This document shows positions 22,101-31,235 of a DNA stretch of 43,456 nt, piece by piece. Position 1 is the first letter of the stretch. Every line of letters starts with the position of its first letter. Source of the DNA: Jatrophihabitans sp. (GTDB lineage Bacteria > Actinomycetota > Actinomycetes > Mycobacteriales > Jatrophihabitantaceae). The DNA lies in assembly GCA_035940975.1 (NCBI GenBank), contig DASZEI010000101.1, forward strand, positions 1-43,456, read 5' to 3'. The translations under genes were made by a program, and so were the position numbers. The notes beneath the pieces are model-generated. The model searched no databases and was not told the DNA's origin. It saw only the letters and a list, made by a program, of their open reading frames with translations.

Positions 22101-23672
22101 ATGCTCACCGACGACTTTCACGTCTTCGACACCACCCTGCGCGACGGCGCCCAGCGTGAGGGAATCAGCTACTCGGTGGCGGACAAGCTCGCGGTGGCCC
22201 GGCTGCTCGATTCGCTGGGAGTCGGCTTCATCGAAGGCGGCTGGCCCGGCGCGGTCCCCAAGGACACCGAGTTCTTCGCCCGGGCCGCCGACGGTGAGCT
22301 GTCGCTGCGGTACGCGACGCTGGTGGCGTTCGGGGCAACCCGCAAGGCCGGTGTGGCGGTCGCTGAGGATCCGCAGGTGCAGGCGCTGCTCGACAGCCGC
22401 GCCCCGGTCGTCACGCTGGTGGCCAAGTCCGACGTCTGGCACGACGAGCGGGCGCTGCGTACCAGCCGGGAGGAGAACCTGGCGATGGTGTCCGACACCG
22501 TCGGCTACCTGGCGGCGGCCGGCCGGCGGGTCTTCGTGGACTGCGAGCACTTCTTCGACGGCTACTCCCATGACCCCGACTACGGCTTGCGGGTGCTCGA
22601 TGCGGCGGCGGCGGCCGGCGCCGATGTCGGGGTGCTGTGCGACACCAACGGCGGCATGCTCCCGATGGGCATCTCCGAGGTGGTGTCGGCGGTAAGGGCT
22701 CGCACCGGAATCCGGTTGGGCATCCACACCCAGAACGACACCGGCTGCGCGGTGGCCAACACCCTGGCGGCGGTGGCGGCCGGTGCGACCCACGTGCAGG
22801 CCACCGCCAACGGCTACGGCGAGCGGGCCGGCAACGCCGATCTCTTCTCGGTGATCGGTGGCCTGGTGTTCAAGATGGGCCTGGACGTCCTGCCGCCGGA
22901 AACGATCGCCGAGAGTGTCCGGATAGCGCACGCCATCGCCGAGATCGCCAACCTGGCGCCGGACACCCACGCTGCCTACGTGGGCAGTTCCGCCTTTGCG
23001 CACAAGGCGGGACTGCATGCCTCAGCCATCAAGCTCGGTCCGGAGCTGTACAACCACCTGGACCCCCGGCTGGTCGGCAACAGCCAGCGGATTCTCATCA
23101 CCGAGATGGCCGGCCGGGCTTCGGTCGAGCTGAAGTCGGCCGAGTTGGGGGTGGACGTCAGCGACCGTCCGGACGTGGTGGGCAAGGTGGTGGACCGGGT
23201 CAAGGAGCGCGAGTCGGCCGGGTGGTCCTACGAAGCCGCGGATGCCTCGTTCGAGTTGCTGGTTCGCGAGGAGTTGCACACCGCGCCCGTCCAGTTCGTG
23301 CTGGAGTCCTACCGGGTGATCATCGACCGGCGCGAGGACGGCAACCTGATGACCGAGGCAACCGTGAAGGTGCATGCCAGCGGTCGCCGGGTGATGACTA
23401 CCGCGGAGGGCAACGGGCCGGTCAACGCGCTGGACCTGGCGCTGCGGTCGGCCCTGGAAGAGGTCTTTCCCAGGCTGGCCGACCTGGAACTGTCTGACTA
23501 CAAAGTCCGCATCCTGCCGGGTAAGCACGGCACCGACGCGACCACCCGGGTACTCATCGAGACGTCCAACAAGGCCGAGCAGTGGACGACGGTTGGCGTT
23601 CATCCCAACATCATCGAGGCATCCTGGCTGGCGCTGGCCGACGCGGTACGGTACGGCCTGCTGGAACGCTGA
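22101..23672 (+). CDS. cimA: Citramalate synthase
   Basis: DTTLRDGAQREG, IEGGWPGA.PKD, D.EHFFDG, LCDTNGG, FAHKAGLH, LeuA-type regulatory C-terminus. Confidence 0.92.
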   Translation: MLTDDFHVFDTTLRDGAQREGISYSVADKLAVARLLDSLGVGFIEGGWPGAVPKDTEFFARAADGELSLRYATLVAFGATRKAGVAVAEDPQVQALLDSRAPVVTLVAKSDVWHDERALRTSREENLAMVSDTVGYLAAAGRRVFVDCEHFFDGYSHDPDYGLRVLDAAAAAGADVGVLCDTNGGMLPMGISEVVSAVRARTGIRLGIHTQNDTGCAVANTLAAVAAGATHVQATANGYGERAGNADLFSVIGGLVFKMGLDVLPPETIAESVRIAHAIAEIANLAPDTHAAYVGSSAFAHKAGLHASAIKLGPELYNHLDPRLVGNSQRILITEMAGRASVELKSAELGVDVSDRPDVVGKVVDRVKERESAGWSYEAADASFELLVREELHTAPVQFVLESYRVIIDRREDGNLMTEATVKVHASGRRVMTTAEGNGPVNALDLALRSALEEVFPRLADLELSDYKVRILPGKHGTDATTRVLIETSNKAEQWTTVGVHPNIIEASWLALADAVRYGLLER

Positions 23673-23673
23673 C

Positions 23674-23713
23674 GTTCAGCGGTTCAGCGGTTCAGCGGTT
23701 CAGCGGTTCAGCG
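23674..23713. repeat. (GTTCAGCG)x5 perfect tandem repeat just after the cimA stop
   Basis: Seen directly. Confidence 0.95.
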
Positions 23714-23826
23714 GCCTCCACTCATCACGGCGGTTTCGGCTCATCGTGGCCTAGCCTTTGCCGGTCGCCGTCGGCTCGCTCGTCTCCACGGCAGTTTTGT
23801 CATACCCTGCCCGTAGGGTCTGATCC

Positions 23827-25374
23827 ATGGAAACGCTGACTGATGGACAGGCATCCGCGCCGCTGCGCGGTGTCGTCCATGAGTTGTCGTGCTACCTCGA
23901 CGACGTGTCGGCCGATCTGTTCGGCAAGCTGACCGATGCCGACGTGCTGGCCGAGCTGCAGGAGTTCGAGATGCTCCGGCGCCGGCTCGCGGTGGTCGAT
24001 CATGCCTTGGTCGCCGAACTGGGGCGGCGTGCCTTGGCGGGCCGGCTCGTGATGGCCTCGACGTCGGTGTTGCTGCAGGCCGCGTTGCGGCTCTCGCCGC
24101 ATGAGGCGAAGCAGCGGGTCAGCGCGTCACAGGTGTGCGGCCCGCGATGGTCTCTCACCGGTGAGCAACTCCAGACACTGCTGCCCCAGGTGGCGACCGG
24201 CCAGGCGGCAGGAGTCCTGTCATCCGAACACGCCCGGGTGATCGCCTCGACACTTGAGGAACTGCCTAGCGCTGTCGATCCGGCCGATGTCACTGCCGCC
24301 GAACAGCACCTGGTCACGGCGGCGGCTCACCTGCAGCCACGCCAGGTCGGGGTTCTGGGGCAGCGCATCCTGGCACAGCTGAATCCGGACGGCGTGCTGG
24401 CCTCCGACGAGGAGCACGCTCGACACCGCTCGTTCGCACTGATCCCCGAGGCCAACGGTGGTTACCGTGCGACCGGCCGACTGACACCAACGTGCGGCGC
24501 GCTGTTGCTGTCCTGGCTGACCCCGCGCTCGGCGCCTCGGCCGGCGGCCGGCCCGGCTGGTTCGGCTGGCTCGGCTGGCCCGGCTGGTTCGGCTGGCTCG
24601 GCTGGCTCGGCTGGTTGGGCTGGTTCAGCTGGTGAGGCTCAGCATGCCGCGGCGCCTGCCGCCGACTCTCGCAGCCATGGCCAGCGGATGCACGACGCGC
24701 TGGAGGAACTGGCGGGCCTCGCCGTCCGGCGCACCGAGCTTGTCGACTCGGGAGCGCCGGCTCAGGTGATCATCAGCATGACGTTCGACCAGCTGGAAAG
24801 CCGCGATGGCTGGGCCGAGACCAGTTTCGGCCAGCTGATCACCGCCAACCAAGCGCTGAAACTGGCCGACGAGGCGGCGATCAGCCTGCTGCTACGCGAT
24901 GCCAAGGGTGTGGTGCTCCGTCAGGGCCGGGCCAAGCGGATCGCGACGCGGAGCCAGACCCTTGCCCTGATAGCCCGGGACCGGGGGTGCTCCTTTCCCG
25001 GTTGCGACAAGCCGCCCGAGTGGTGCCAGCGCCACCACATCGTGGCCTGGGCCGACGGCGGAAGCACCGATCTGGACAACCTCACGTTGCTCTGCCACAA
25101 CCATCATCGAAGCTTCGATGCCGCGGGCTGGAACTGCCGGCTGATCGAGGGGCTACCGTCCTGGATTCCGCCCACCTGGATCGACCCCACCCGGACACCC
25201 CGACGAAACCACCGGGTCGATAGCAGTAGTCAGCAGCACCCCAGCCTCGCGACAACACCGGTCGCTAAGCCACCTGAACGTCAGAGTGTGTGTGAGCATT
25301 GTGAAACTCAACCCCGGCCGGCTACCCCACGGCCCTACTATCCGCGCGCCGATCCGATTCGGAGAGTTGAGTGA
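23827..25374 (+). CDS. DUF222 + HNH endonuclease protein (REP13E12-like)
   Basis: 'ARDRGCSFPGC....WCQRHHI..W..GG.TDLDNLTLLC..HH' HNH motif, 'WIPPTWIDP'; TAGGGT -10 box 7 nt before the ATG. Confidence 0.9.
   Translation: METLTDGQASAPLRGVVHELSCYLDDVSADLFGKLTDADVLAELQEFEMLRRRLAVVDHALVAELGRRALAGRLVMASTSVLLQAALRLSPHEAKQRVSASQVCGPRWSLTGEQLQTLLPQVATGQAAGVLSSEHARVIASTLEELPSAVDPADVTAAEQHLVTAAAHLQPRQVGVLGQRILAQLNPDGVLASDEEHARHRSFALIPEANGGYRATGRLTPTCGALLLSWLTPRSAPRPAAGPAGSAGSAGPAGSAGSAGSAGWAGSAGEAQHAAAPAADSRSHGQRMHDALEELAGLAVRRTELVDSGAPAQVIISMTFDQLESRDGWAETSFGQLITANQALKLADEAAISLLLRDAKGVVLRQGRAKRIATRSQTLALIARDRGCSFPGCDKPPEWCQRHHIVAWADGGSTDLDNLTLLCHNHHRSFDAAGWNCRLIEGLPSWIPPTWIDPTRTPRRNHRVDSSSQQHPSLATTPVAKPPERQSVCEHCETQPRPATPRPYYPRADPIRRVE
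24550..24630 (+). repeat. About 9 x 9-bp in-frame repeat (GSA/GPA) inside DUF222
   Basis: GGYYCGGCT-type units seen directly. Confidence 0.85.
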
Positions 25375-26186
25375 ACGCGAATAAGGCTTTGTGGGAAAAG
25401 GGCGATTTCCCTCGTATTGCCGAAACGATGAGGGCCAGCGGTGAGGCGGTCGTCGCGGGGCTGGGAATCACCCCCGCACTCACGGTCCTGGATCTCGGGT
25501 GCGGTGACGGAACCACTGCCATACCAGCGGCGGGGTATGCCGCGCGGGTGTTGGGTGTGGATATTTCGGAGAGTTTGGTCGCGGCTGGAGTGCGACGAGC
25601 GCAGGAGCACGGCCTTACGAATGTGACGTTCCAGCAAGGCGATGCATCCGATCTCAGCGAACTCGCGGATGAGACATTCGATCTGGTAATGAGCTTTTTC
25701 GGCGCAAAGTTTGCACCGCGCCCGTTTGACGTTGCGAAGGAAATGGATCGTGTGACCCGACCTGGCGGTCGGATAGTCATGGGCAACTGGATGATTCCCG
25801 GCGATCCGACACTGGTAGCCCAACTTCTCAAGGTCAGCTCCGCATACTCTCCGCCTCCGCCGGAGGGCTTAGTCAGCCCCATGACCTGGGGGATAGAGAA
25901 GAACGTGATCGAGCGCTTCGGCGCCGCAGGAGTTCCTGACAGCAACATCTCGTTCACCAAGGACACCTACACCTTCGAGCTCGAGGCGAGCCCGTCAGAC
26001 TTCCTGGCTGATTTCAAGACCTATTACGGGCCCACGATGAATGCTTACGAGGTCGCGGAAGCCAACGGCCGAGCAGCTGAACTACAAGACGAGCTCGAAG
26101 CGCTGTTTACCAGTCAGAACACGAGTGGCACGGACCAGACAACACGCATCCCTGCGACCTTCCTTCGCGTCACGGTTGGCCGCTGA
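25371..26186 (+). CDS. Class I SAM-dependent methyltransferase
   Basis: VLDLGCGDG motif I, GVDIS, FDLVMS..G, RVTRPGG; GGAG SD; many A/T-ending codons. Confidence 0.92.
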   Translation: MNANKALWEKGDFPRIAETMRASGEAVVAGLGITPALTVLDLGCGDGTTAIPAAGYAARVLGVDISESLVAAGVRRAQEHGLTNVTFQQGDASDLSELADETFDLVMSFFGAKFAPRPFDVAKEMDRVTRPGGRIVMGNWMIPGDPTLVAQLLKVSSAYSPPPPEGLVSPMTWGIEKNVIERFGAAGVPDSNISFTKDTYTFELEASPSDFLADFKTYYGPTMNAYEVAEANGRAAELQDELEALFTSQNTSGTDQTTRIPATFLRVTVGR

Positions 26187-26197
26187 CGATCCGCGGC

Positions 26198-26557
26198 TCA
26201 GCCGGAGCGGCCCAGGCAGCTCGCGCCGCAGCCGCCACTCGCGCTGCCGGAACCGCAGGCCAGGCCGGTGGTGGCGCAGGTAGCGCCACCCGATCCGGCT
26301 GCGGCAGCGAGGACCTCGTCCAACCGGTGTTCCGCATCCGCGGCCTCGGTCATGGCGGCTGAGCGCCGCAGGCCCCAGGCGACTCCGAGCAGGGCCAGGG
26401 CCAGCACGGCGACCAGCAGTCCGGCGAACTTCCATCCGACGCCGTCCAGCGACACCGTCAAGACCCCGGCGACCAGCAGCACCGCACCGAGGGGCGCCAA
26501 CCCCAGCGCCATCCGTCGCCGGCCGGCCGGTGGGATCGCGTACAGCTGCTCGCTCAC
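26198..26557 (-). CDS. Small two-TM membrane protein with Cys-rich C-terminus
   Basis: Two hydrophobic helices followed by four Cys in a Gly-rich tail; start set to GTG 26557 (GATACT -10-like box). Confidence 0.65.
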   Translation of the reverse strand: MSEQLYAIPPAGRRRMALGLAPLGAVLLVAGVLTVSLDGVGWKFAGLLVAVLALALLGVAWGLRRSAAMTEAADAEHRLDEVLAAAAGSGGATCATTGLACGSGSASGGCGASCLGRSG

Positions 26558-26678
26558 CCTGCCAGTATCCGCCATGCCGATGCCCAGCCACGGCGCGGTG
26601 TCCCGCTGTACCGGCACCCAGCCGCGGCGCGGCATCCGTCCCGCTGGGCCCCAGCACCCGGCCGGTAGCCTGTTGGCC

Positions 26679-27473
26679 GTGCGCATCGCGAGATTTGTTC
26701 ATCCCGGCGGGATTGCCTGGGGAGTGGTGGAGGCTCCGGCCGCGGCCGGCCCCAATCCGCCCTTCGAGTCCCTCACCGTGGCCGTCATCAAGGACCACCC
26801 GATGGGTCCGATCGAGTTCACCGGTGAGCGGTTCGCGATCGGCGACGTCCGGCTGCTGGCCCCGATCCTGCCCAGCAAGGTGATCGCCGTCGGTCGTAAT
26901 TACGCCGCGCACGCCGCCGAGATGGGAAGTGCCATTCCCGAACGCCCGCTGATCTTTCTCAAGCCTTCCACCTCGGTGATCGGCACCCAGGACGCGATCC
27001 GGCTGCCGGTCGACTCCGACCAGGTCGAACACGAGGCCGAGCTGGCCCTGGTGATCGGCAAGCTCGCCAAGGATGTGCCACGGGAGCAGGCGCTGGACGT
27101 CGTCTTCGGCTACACCTGCGCCAACGACGTCACCGCCCGCGACCAGCAACGAGTCGACGTGCAGTTCACCCGTGCCAAGGGCTACGACTCCTTCTGCCCG
27201 ATCGGCCCGTGGATCGACACCGGCTTCGACCCGAGCGCGGCGCGGGTTCGCGCGCTGGTCAACGGCCAGACCAGGCAGGACGGCAACACCAGCGACATGA
27301 TCTTCGACGTGGCCACCATCGTCTCGTTCATGTCGCACGTGATGACGCTGGTTCCCGGTGACGTGATCCTCACGGGCACCCCGGACGGGGTCGGCCGGAT
27401 CGCCGACGGCGACACGGTGACCATCGCCATCGACGGGCTCGGCGAGCTTGTCAACCCGGTCCGCGCCCGGTGA
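26679..27473 (+). CDS. Fumarylacetoacetate hydrolase family protein
   Basis: [39 protein letters not shown]; start set to GTG 26679 (TAGCCT -10 box); usual neighbour of gltX. Confidence 0.93.
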   Translation: MRIARFVHPGGIAWGVVEAPAAAGPNPPFESLTVAVIKDHPMGPIEFTGERFAIGDVRLLAPILPSKVIAVGRNYAAHAAEMGSAIPERPLIFLKPSTSVIGTQDAIRLPVDSDQVEHEAELALVIGKLAKDVPREQALDVVFGYTCANDVTARDQQRVDVQFTRAKGYDSFCPIGPWIDTGFDPSAARVRALVNGQTRQDGNTSDMIFDVATIVSFMSHVMTLVPGDVILTGTPDGVGRIADGDTVTIAIDGLGELVNPVRAR

Positions 27474-28954
27474 GCGCCGCCGCCGGTTCCGACATCCGGG
27501 TCCGGTTCTGCCCGTCGCCGACCGGCACCCCGCACGTCGGCCTGATCCGAACCTGCTTGTTCAACTGGGCATTCGCCCGCCACTACGGCGGCAGCTTCGT
27601 GTTTCGGATCGAGGACACCGACGCCGCGCGGGACACCCAGGAGTCCTACGAGATGCTGCTGGACACCCTGCGGTGGTTCGGCATGACCTGGGACGAGGGC
27701 CCCGAGGTGGGCGGCCCGTACGCGCCGTACCGGCAGAGCGAGCGGGGTGAGATCTACCGTGACGTGGTCAGCCGGCTACTGGCCGCCGGGCACCTCTACG
27801 AGTCCTACAGCAGCGTCGAGGAGACCGAGGCCCGGCACCGGGCAGCCGGGCGGGACCCGAAACTCGGCTACGACAACTTCGACCGCGAGCTCACCGACGA
27901 GCAGCGGGCCGCCTTCCGCGCCGAAGGCCGGGCGCCGGTGCTGCGGCTGAAGATGCCGGCCGAAGAGATCGCCTGGCACGACCTGGTACGCGGCGAGATC
28001 CGCTTCCTGGCAACCACCGTGCCGGACTTCGTGGTGGTTCGCGCCAACGGCGAACCGCTCTACACGCTGGTCAATCCGGTGGACGACGCCATGATGCGGA
28101 TCACCCACGTCATCCGCGGTGAGGACCTGCTGCCCTCGACGCCTCGCCAGATCGCGCTGTACCGCGCGCTGATCGACATCGGGGTCGCCGAGTTCGTGCC
28201 GGAGTTCGGCCACCTGCCCTACGTGATGGGCGAGGGCAACAAGAAGCTGTCCAAGCGGGATCCGCAGGCCTCGCTGTACCACTACCGCGACGCGGGCTAC
28301 CTGCCTGAAGGGATGATCAACTACCTCGCCCTGCTCGGTTGGTCGATCGCCGAGGACCGCGACATCTTCTCCCCGGACGAGCTCGTCGCGGCCTTCGACG
28401 GCAGCAAGATCTCGACGAACCCGGCGCGCTTCGACCCGAAGAAATGCTTGGCCATCAACGCCACCCACGTACGGCTGCTCGCCCCGGACGACTTCGCGCG
28501 GCGGCTGCGGGACCATCTGGTCCGAGCAGGCCTGATCGGCCGGCAGCCGAGCCAGGCCCAACTGGCCCTGATCACCGGTGCGGCACCGCTGGTGCAGGAG
28601 CGGGTGCAGACCCTCGGCGAGGGAGCGGACATGCTGCGCTTCCTGTTCGTCAACGGCGACGACTTCGTCCGGGACGAGGCTGCGGTCGCCAAGCAACTGG
28701 ACGAGCAGGGCCAGTCGGTGTTAGCGGCCTCGATTCCCGCCCTGGAACGGCTGACCGACTGGAACACCGCCGCCATCGAGCAGGCGCTGCGCGTCGAACT
28801 GCTGGAACGCCTGGAACTCAAACCCCGCAGTGCCTTCGGGCCGCTGCGGGTCGCGGTCACCGGCCGGCAGGTGTCGCCGCCACTGTTCGAATCGATGGAA
28901 CTGCTGGGCCGCGAGGCCACCCTGGCCAGGCTGCGCAGCGCTCGGGCCGGATGA
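27470..28954 (+). CDS. gltX: Glutamate--tRNA ligase
   Basis: [12 protein letters not shown] (HIGH), [20 protein letters not shown] (KMSKS). Confidence 0.98.
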   Translation: MSAAAGSDIRVRFCPSPTGTPHVGLIRTCLFNWAFARHYGGSFVFRIEDTDAARDTQESYEMLLDTLRWFGMTWDEGPEVGGPYAPYRQSERGEIYRDVVSRLLAAGHLYESYSSVEETEARHRAAGRDPKLGYDNFDRELTDEQRAAFRAEGRAPVLRLKMPAEEIAWHDLVRGEIRFLATTVPDFVVVRANGEPLYTLVNPVDDAMMRITHVIRGEDLLPSTPRQIALYRALIDIGVAEFVPEFGHLPYVMGEGNKKLSKRDPQASLYHYRDAGYLPEGMINYLALLGWSIAEDRDIFSPDELVAAFDGSKISTNPARFDPKKCLAINATHVRLLAPDDFARRLRDHLVRAGLIGRQPSQAQLALITGAAPLVQERVQTLGEGADMLRFLFVNGDDFVRDEAAVAKQLDEQGQSVLAASIPALERLTDWNTAAIEQALRVELLERLELKPRSAFGPLRVAVTGRQVSPPLFESMELLGREATLARLRSARAG

Positions 28955-29048
28955 CGCGGGACATGCCGAGCCGTGCCCGATTTCGGACCGTGCCGGCCGT
29001 CGGGTAGAGTCTCGTCTCGGCCCACTCGGCGGTACGAGCGGGCAGTAA

Positions 29049-29120
29049 TGGGGTATGGGGTAATTGGCAGCCCAACTGATTCTGGTTCAGTTAGTCTAGG
29101 TTCGAGTCCTGGTACCCCAG
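29049..29120 (+). tRNA. tRNA-Gln (CTG)
   Basis: Acceptor TGGGGTA/TACCCCA, anticodon arm ACTGA-TTCTGGT-TCAGT, T-loop TTCGAGT; CCA not encoded. Confidence 0.96.
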
Positions 29121-29182
29121 CGCGGAAGCCGGTAATGCGGTTTGTGCAGCACGAAGCTCAGCGGTTAGCGTGTTCTACCTAG

Positions 29183-29255
29183 GGCCCCGTCGTCTAGCGG
29201 CCTAGGACGCCGCCCTCTCACGGCGGTAGCGAGGGTTCGAATCCCTTCGGGGCTA
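29183..29255 (+). tRNA. tRNA-Glu (CTC)
   Basis: Acceptor GGCCCCG/CGGGGCT, anticodon arm CCGCC-CTCTCAC-GGCGG, T-loop TTCGAAT. Confidence 0.96.
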
Positions 29256-29262
29256 CCCGATC

Positions 29263-29300
29263 AAGAGCCTCCAGACCAGGTCTGGAGGCTCTTTCGTCTT
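29263..29300 (+). terminator. Intrinsic terminator after the tRNA pair
   Basis: AAGAGCCTCCAGACC-A-GGTCTGGAGGCTCTT perfect inverted repeat followed by a T-rich tail. Confidence 0.88.
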
Positions 29301-29422
29301 CGGTGTGTTCGATCGCCTCAGTGCCGGGACGCCGGTCGCACCGGTTCGAGACGAAGCGGCCCGGTCACCTTCAGAGCCGGCCGGTCCCGCCGATAGGCAA
29401 CAGAACTGGGCGGGAGAAGTTC

Positions 29423-29458
29423 GCCGACAAGCCGTTACCTGCCGACAAGCCGTTACCT
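29423..29458. repeat. Perfect 18-bp direct duplication GCCGACAAGCCGTTACCT x2
   Basis: Seen directly, upstream of the 29472 gene. Confidence 0.9.
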
Positions 29459-29471
29459 GGAGATTGTGCTG

Positions 29472-30464
29472 ATGCGCCGCGCCACCCTGTTCCCCCTGTT
29501 CGGGAAGCCCGTCCGCAAGGCAGCTGTGCTGCTCGTGACGGCAGCATTGAGCGGCGGTGCGCTGCTGGCGGCCGCCCAGTCCGGCTCGGCCGCGGTGGTG
29601 GTACCGAGCCTGCGAGCGCCGGCCGGGCTGCTGAGCCCGATCGAGCCGCTGGCCCCCTACGTCGAGCAGGTGGCCTGCCAGCCGGGCTACCGGCCCGGCA
29701 CCCTGGCGCTGGCCCGGATGCTGGTGGCCACCTATCCCAATACCAGCTATAGCGGCCCCCGCGACTGCGGCTCAGACCGCAGCGAGCACTACGACTCGCG
29801 GGCCGTCGACTGGATGAACTCGGTGCGCAACCCGGTGCAGGCCGCGCAGGCGCACTCGGTGGTCACCTTCCTGCTGGCCACCGACCCCTGGGGCAACAAG
29901 ATGGCCAACGCCCGGCGGATGGGCCTGATGTACATGATCTGGAACAACCAGATCTGGGGCTCCTGGAGCGGCAAGTGGGAGCCGTACCACAACTGCGCCA
30001 GCACCCCGTCGGCGGCCTTCGACACCGCCTGCCACCGCGACCACATGCACTTCTCGCTGTCCTGGAACGGCGCGATCGGGCGGACGTCGTTCTGGAGCCG
30101 GCACGTCTGGGCCGACACCGACTACGGGCCCTGCCGGCAGAGTGACCTGAACTGGTCCGCCGACTACGGCGCCTTCCGGCCCGTCCCGTGCCCTTACTAC
30201 CCGAAGGTGACAGCTCCGGCGCACTCCTCGCTCGCCATGCAGGAGCTGGTCACGTACTCCGGCGCCACGATGTTCCCCGGCATGCGCGGCGGCCCCATCG
30301 CGGCCGTTCAGCGGGCCTTCAACAAGCCGATCACCGGCCGCTACGACCTGGCCACGGTGGGGGCCGTCAACCGGTTCAAGACAGCGCACGGCCTGCCGGC
30401 CAACGGAATCATCGAGGTCCGCACCTGGCGGGCACTGCTCGCTGTCTACAAGCCCAAGGCCTAG
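29472..30464 (+). CDS. Secreted putative Zn-peptidase-like (LAS/M15-like) protein with C-terminal peptidoglycan-binding domain
   Basis: Signal peptide; SEH...RAVD and H.DHMHFS motifs; 'T..AV..FK..HGL.ANG....TW.AL' PG_binding_1 pattern. Confidence 0.75.
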   Translation: MRRATLFPLFGKPVRKAAVLLVTAALSGGALLAAAQSGSAAVVVPSLRAPAGLLSPIEPLAPYVEQVACQPGYRPGTLALARMLVATYPNTSYSGPRDCGSDRSEHYDSRAVDWMNSVRNPVQAAQAHSVVTFLLATDPWGNKMANARRMGLMYMIWNNQIWGSWSGKWEPYHNCASTPSAAFDTACHRDHMHFSLSWNGAIGRTSFWSRHVWADTDYGPCRQSDLNWSADYGAFRPVPCPYYPKVTAPAHSSLAMQELVTYSGATMFPGMRGGPIAAVQRAFNKPITGRYDLATVGAVNRFKTAHGLPANGIIEVRTWRALLAVYKPKA

Positions 30465-31033
30465 CCTGCCGGCTCCGGGGCGTGCCCCTCCCGGCCCGGG
30501 GGGCCCGTGCGCTCGGGCGCCACCGTGAGATACCGGCCGCGCCGGTGGATCAACGGCGGCTGCTCGTCGCCGAACTCGGTGTGCACCACCTCCAACTGCA
30601 CCAGCAGACCCCAGCCGAGCGGAACCGGCGGCCGGTCGCTGAGCCGGCAACCGGCCCAGCCGGCGGCCCCGTCCAGCGCCGGTCCCCAGTCGGTCTGGCT
30701 CCAGTCCGCCAGCCGGAACGGCCCGCCGGGCGCGGGCGCGACGTAGCCGAAGGCGTCGGCCAGTTGCCGGTGCTGCCAGCTCAGCAGGGTGACCACCGCG
30801 GCGCCGGTGTCACGCAGCGCGTCCCACAGCTCCGACAGCGGATCCAGGACGCCGGCGACATAGCCGGGTTCACCGTCGGCGACCAGCAGCGAGGAGACCG
30901 TCAACCCGGCCCGGTTGCCGGCCGGGCCCGCGGTCCACAGCGTCACCGGCGACGCCAACCGGCCGCGCAGCCGCCGGACCGGGCTGCGGTCAGCCTCCGG
31001 CGGCAGGAACGGATGGTCGCTGGAGATGCTCAT
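30461..31033 (-). CDS. Flavin reductase family protein
   Basis: 'RGRLASPVTLWT...GLTVSS', 'PLIHRRGRY'; CAGACT -10 box 6 nt upstream. Confidence 0.87.
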   Translation of the reverse strand: MSISSDHPFLPPEADRSPVRRLRGRLASPVTLWTAGPAGNRAGLTVSSLLVADGEPGYVAGVLDPLSELWDALRDTGAAVVTLLSWQHRQLADAFGYVAPAPGGPFRLADWSQTDWGPALDGAAGWAGCRLSDRPPVPLGWGLLVQLEVVHTEFGDEQPPLIHRRGRYLTVAPERTGPPGREGHAPEPAG

Positions 31034-31155
31034 GGCTTCAGTCTGGCACCGGCACCCGGCGCCGACCCGACATCAAGAGCGTTCATCCCGGCCGCCGGCT
31101 GGGTGCAGCCGGCTCACCGGCTGATGGCAGAGTGGGTGCTGAGGAGGGGACTGCG

Positions 31156-31235
31156 GCGATGAACTCACGGGTAGGGCGATGAACTCGCGGATAGGCCGAT
31201 GAGCTTGCGGGTAGGCCGATGAGCTTGCGAGTAGG
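31156..31235 (+). repeat. 4 x 20-bp tandem repeat forming three ATGA-coupled mini-ORFs and the start of the next gene
   Basis: ATGs at 31159, 31179, 31199, 31219; peptides MNSRVGR*, MNSRIGR*, MSLRVGR*, then MSLRVGLV... Confidence 0.88.

Noticed and set aside
23674-23713. Short repeats as a possible CRISPR array (also 31156-31235 and 20912-21058)
   Set aside because: No unique spacers, wrong unit sizes and no cas genes
23827-26186. HNH plus methyltransferase as a restriction-modification system
   Set aside because: The methyltransferase shows no DPPY/NPPY or C5-type PC motif context and looks like a small-molecule class I enzyme
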